NCBI RefSeq assembly: GCF_006345805.1
Contig: NC_043001.1
Coordinates: forward strand, 134,230,001 to 134,294,000
From: Octopus sinensis
Lineage: Eukaryota
Direction: 5' to 3'
Length of the DNA: 64,000 nt
Position 1 is the first letter of the stretch. Every line of letters begins with the position of its first letter. Under the pieces are notes generated by a model that saw nothing but the letters and a program-made list of their open reading frames with translations, was not told the origin of the DNA and did no database searches. The position numbers were made by a program, and so were the translations under genes. Below, piece by piece: positions 61,465 to 64,000 of the stretch.

Positions 61465-62704
61465 CTCGCTGGCGACTTATATATACCTATATATATATAT
61501 ATGAATTGCTGTTTAGCCTGATTTCGGCTCTAATCGAACAGACCTACTGTCAGAGGCATTAAGGCCTTGACCAGACTGTCTTTTAAAGAATATTCTGGGA
61601 TAGGCTTACATACATGATGTAATGTCTCCTTTATGACGGATTTGAGGTTATGGTGAGAGGGGAAAGAGGAACAGCATCTCTAGCTTTCCCAGTCAGGTAA
61701 GATCAAATGTGTGTACAAAACGTAAGCAGAAGTGAATTCCAAAGGGTTACAGCTCTGGGAATAAGGAAATAGGGAAAATGAAAGGCGGGTACTTATTATG
61801 GGGTGAGGGCCAGGCGTTTGAATAGACCAGGCTTTCCTAAAGGTATCAGAAGATTTTATTTCATTTGTCCGTTTAATTTTCGGCATCGATTCAGCAGTTT
61901 GATGCCCTTCTTATAACCAACCCTTTACAGAGGGTACTGGGTACATTTTATCAAAACACCACCAACAGAGAAGCCGTCATATCCTCAAAAAAATTAAAGG
62001 GTTCTCTCAACTGGGTTGTATTCACTTATTCGCCAACCATTTTACAACGTATATACTAGGCACATTTTACTGTAGACCAAGAGGTCATCTTGTATCCCGT
62101 AAGACAAGAGAGTCATCTACACTTCTCACATACACACACTCACATCTGAAAACACACGCGTGCACACTCATACACATACATTTGTGAACGCATGTTTTCT
62201 TGTTTGTTCCAGGTTGGCTCAAAAAGTACAAAGTGAACACTTATAAATCATAAACCGAACTTGTTTGCGAATATTTTGCGAGCCATTGCACCGTCATATT
62301 ACCTCTCTTGCTTTTTGAGATCTACAATTTTACCGCAGAGTGTACATATCTTCACAGATATCTACGTACACCAGTACTCAAATGCATCTATATGCACGTG
62401 TATCAAAGTATACATATACATGTATCTATACATTACATGCACAACTACACAAATAGCTTAATAAGGTGTTCACACGCATTTAAAAAAAACATGCTTTTTC
62501 ACATACACTCATCTACGGCACCTGATCCTCCCAAACATATCCGCGTGAACATGCATGTATTCTCTTGTATATACGCACTTTCACAAACCTTAGATAATGA
62601 ACATTATCTGTAGACTTCATTAAATTAAGACGCCCAAGCTGATGCAAGTATTCTGGCCAGATCATCTGCATCAGAATAACTATTTCCATTCTTTTCGCTA
62701 ATTA

Positions 62705-63385
62705 GTGCACTCGTTGGTGAAACTAGGATTTACAGGCCTAGATTTTACTAATGACGCAGTTATTCTTGCTGAATCTTTGGATATCTTAAGGAGCGCTTTC
62801 CTTTCACTGATTGAGCTCTTAGGTCAAAACAAAGATCCAATCCTTCGTTGGCTTCTTGGAGAACTCCGCCTCATCTGTCTCTGTTGCGGGTGAGAATGCC
62901 AAAGTCATTGATCGCTTCACTTATCTTGGCAATAAGATTCCTAGCGACATTAGCTGAGAGTCTGAAGTCCTAAAAATATTTGGCCGAGTTGGTGCAGTTG
63001 TGGTCTCATTGGACAAGGTGTTGACGCTGCCGATTTCTATGCAGGAGAACAAACGTTCAGGTTCTTTGGTCTCATGTCCTCCATGTTCTGCTCTATAACT
63101 GTAAGACTTGTACACTGTCCGGGGCCTTTAGGAACCACTGAACTCCTTTGGCACCAGGTCGCTTCGCATGGTTATAGGTACCATTTGTCGGATTTCGCAT
63201 CCAACCCACAGCTCTACTCAGAAACTAGGATACATTCTGTTACTTGTATGATTCTTGAGTACCAGTTCAAACTGTCTGGCCATGTCGCTCGATTTTCTGA
63301 GTTAGACCTTGTTTACTGTCTTCTCTTCACTGTGGATCCGGCTGGACTGACGGCTCATGTTGGCACATGGTTACGGTAGATGGTA
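62705..63385 (+). mobile_element. Decayed RTE-clade LINE (RT thumb region)
   Basis: LDFTNDAVILAE (a degenerate LDFADD), FTYLG, LSGHVARF relics. Confidence 0.7.
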
Positions 63386-63389
63386 TAGC

Positions 63390-64000
63390 GCAATTGTTGT
63401 CATAAATTTTCGCATCGTTTAGGCTTAAATAGTCGGAAATCGACTCATCCTGTATGTTCCTAACGATTGGTCACATAAACCGGTCATATGATGGTGTAAT
63501 ACTTGACCGAATCTGTTTCTTGAATTGGTCTAGCTTTACGCGGGATACAGTTTTGTATCCAATTGCGTTGTGTGATGGACTAACCAGTGCTGCAAAATCA
63601 AATGCCGTGTTTTGACTGAATTGAGAAGCACACTTTGTAAAGTGTCGCAGTTCATTGAAAACTCGGATCTTTTCGGTTTGAACGGCAGTTTTTAACATAA
63701 TTTCTAGATAACTAAAAAATTTTTAACTTTGTATACTGGTAGAATGTGTTTATAAAACATCTTTTTCTCTTGGCTTTATTGAGAAAATTCTATAGTTTGT
63801 AAGATATTTGTTTTTTTTCTTCAATTTCTGCAATTTCAACCAATCAAAGACGTCTATTGAGGTAAACAACATTCTGTGCCGTATGAATATGTCCCTCGTT
63901 TAAGAAACAGATTGGGTTTATTTACATTTGTGAAGAAAAAAAGATACCCTTCCCCCCACCCCTAACCCTACCCCTAAAACAGATTGAAATGCAATAGATC
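63390..64000. repeat. Unclassified repeat-like block running off the window end
   Basis: Abrupt compositional change after the RTE remnant; contains cccctaaccctacccctaaa. Not classifiable here. Confidence 0.3.

Noticed and set aside
63950-63980. Telomere-like ccctaaccctaccccta
   Set aside because: Only 2-3 imperfect units within an interspersed repeat-like block.

Overview
AT-rich, repeat-dense eukaryotic DNA. The SINE/LINE/MITE repertoire and microsatellite style point to an octopus (coleoid cephalopod) genome; this is inference from recognised repeat types, not a database hit. There is one convincing protein-coding gene: a single-coding-exon C2H2 zinc-finger protein (31868-34207, minus strand, 779 aa). 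It has 4 canonical TGEKP-linked fingers and a 5th isolated finger. Its long tail is built from eroded finger relics interleaved with a repeated D-I-K-P-x-L (SUMO-consensus-like) motif. Splice signals suggest non-coding 5' exons at about 60.6k-60225 and 58114-58048 that carry stacked uORFs, a roughly 24-kb intron, and a TE-poor AT-rich 3' region. Almost everything else is transposon debris: RTE LINEs (one 1.3-kb piece plus many 3'-UTR-only copies carrying an internal VNTR), CR1-group LINEs, an R4/Dong-type RLE LINE, a probable Hero-type fragment, Penelope-like remnants, a decayed Helitron helicase with an intact 3' terminus, a rearranged mariner, hAT/piggyBac/Tc1-type MITEs and at least four tRNA-derived SINE families. 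The most notable structural observations are a 135-bp foldback at 61.3 kb whose two arms jointly reconstruct a hammerhead-ribozyme fold, a SINE/LINE shared 3' stem-loop with compensatory changes, a 115-bp target duplication, and several nested or inverted rearrangements. Nearly all other ORFs in the supplied track are microsatellite or antisense artefacts. All coordinates were read by eye and repeat ends may be off by a few bases.
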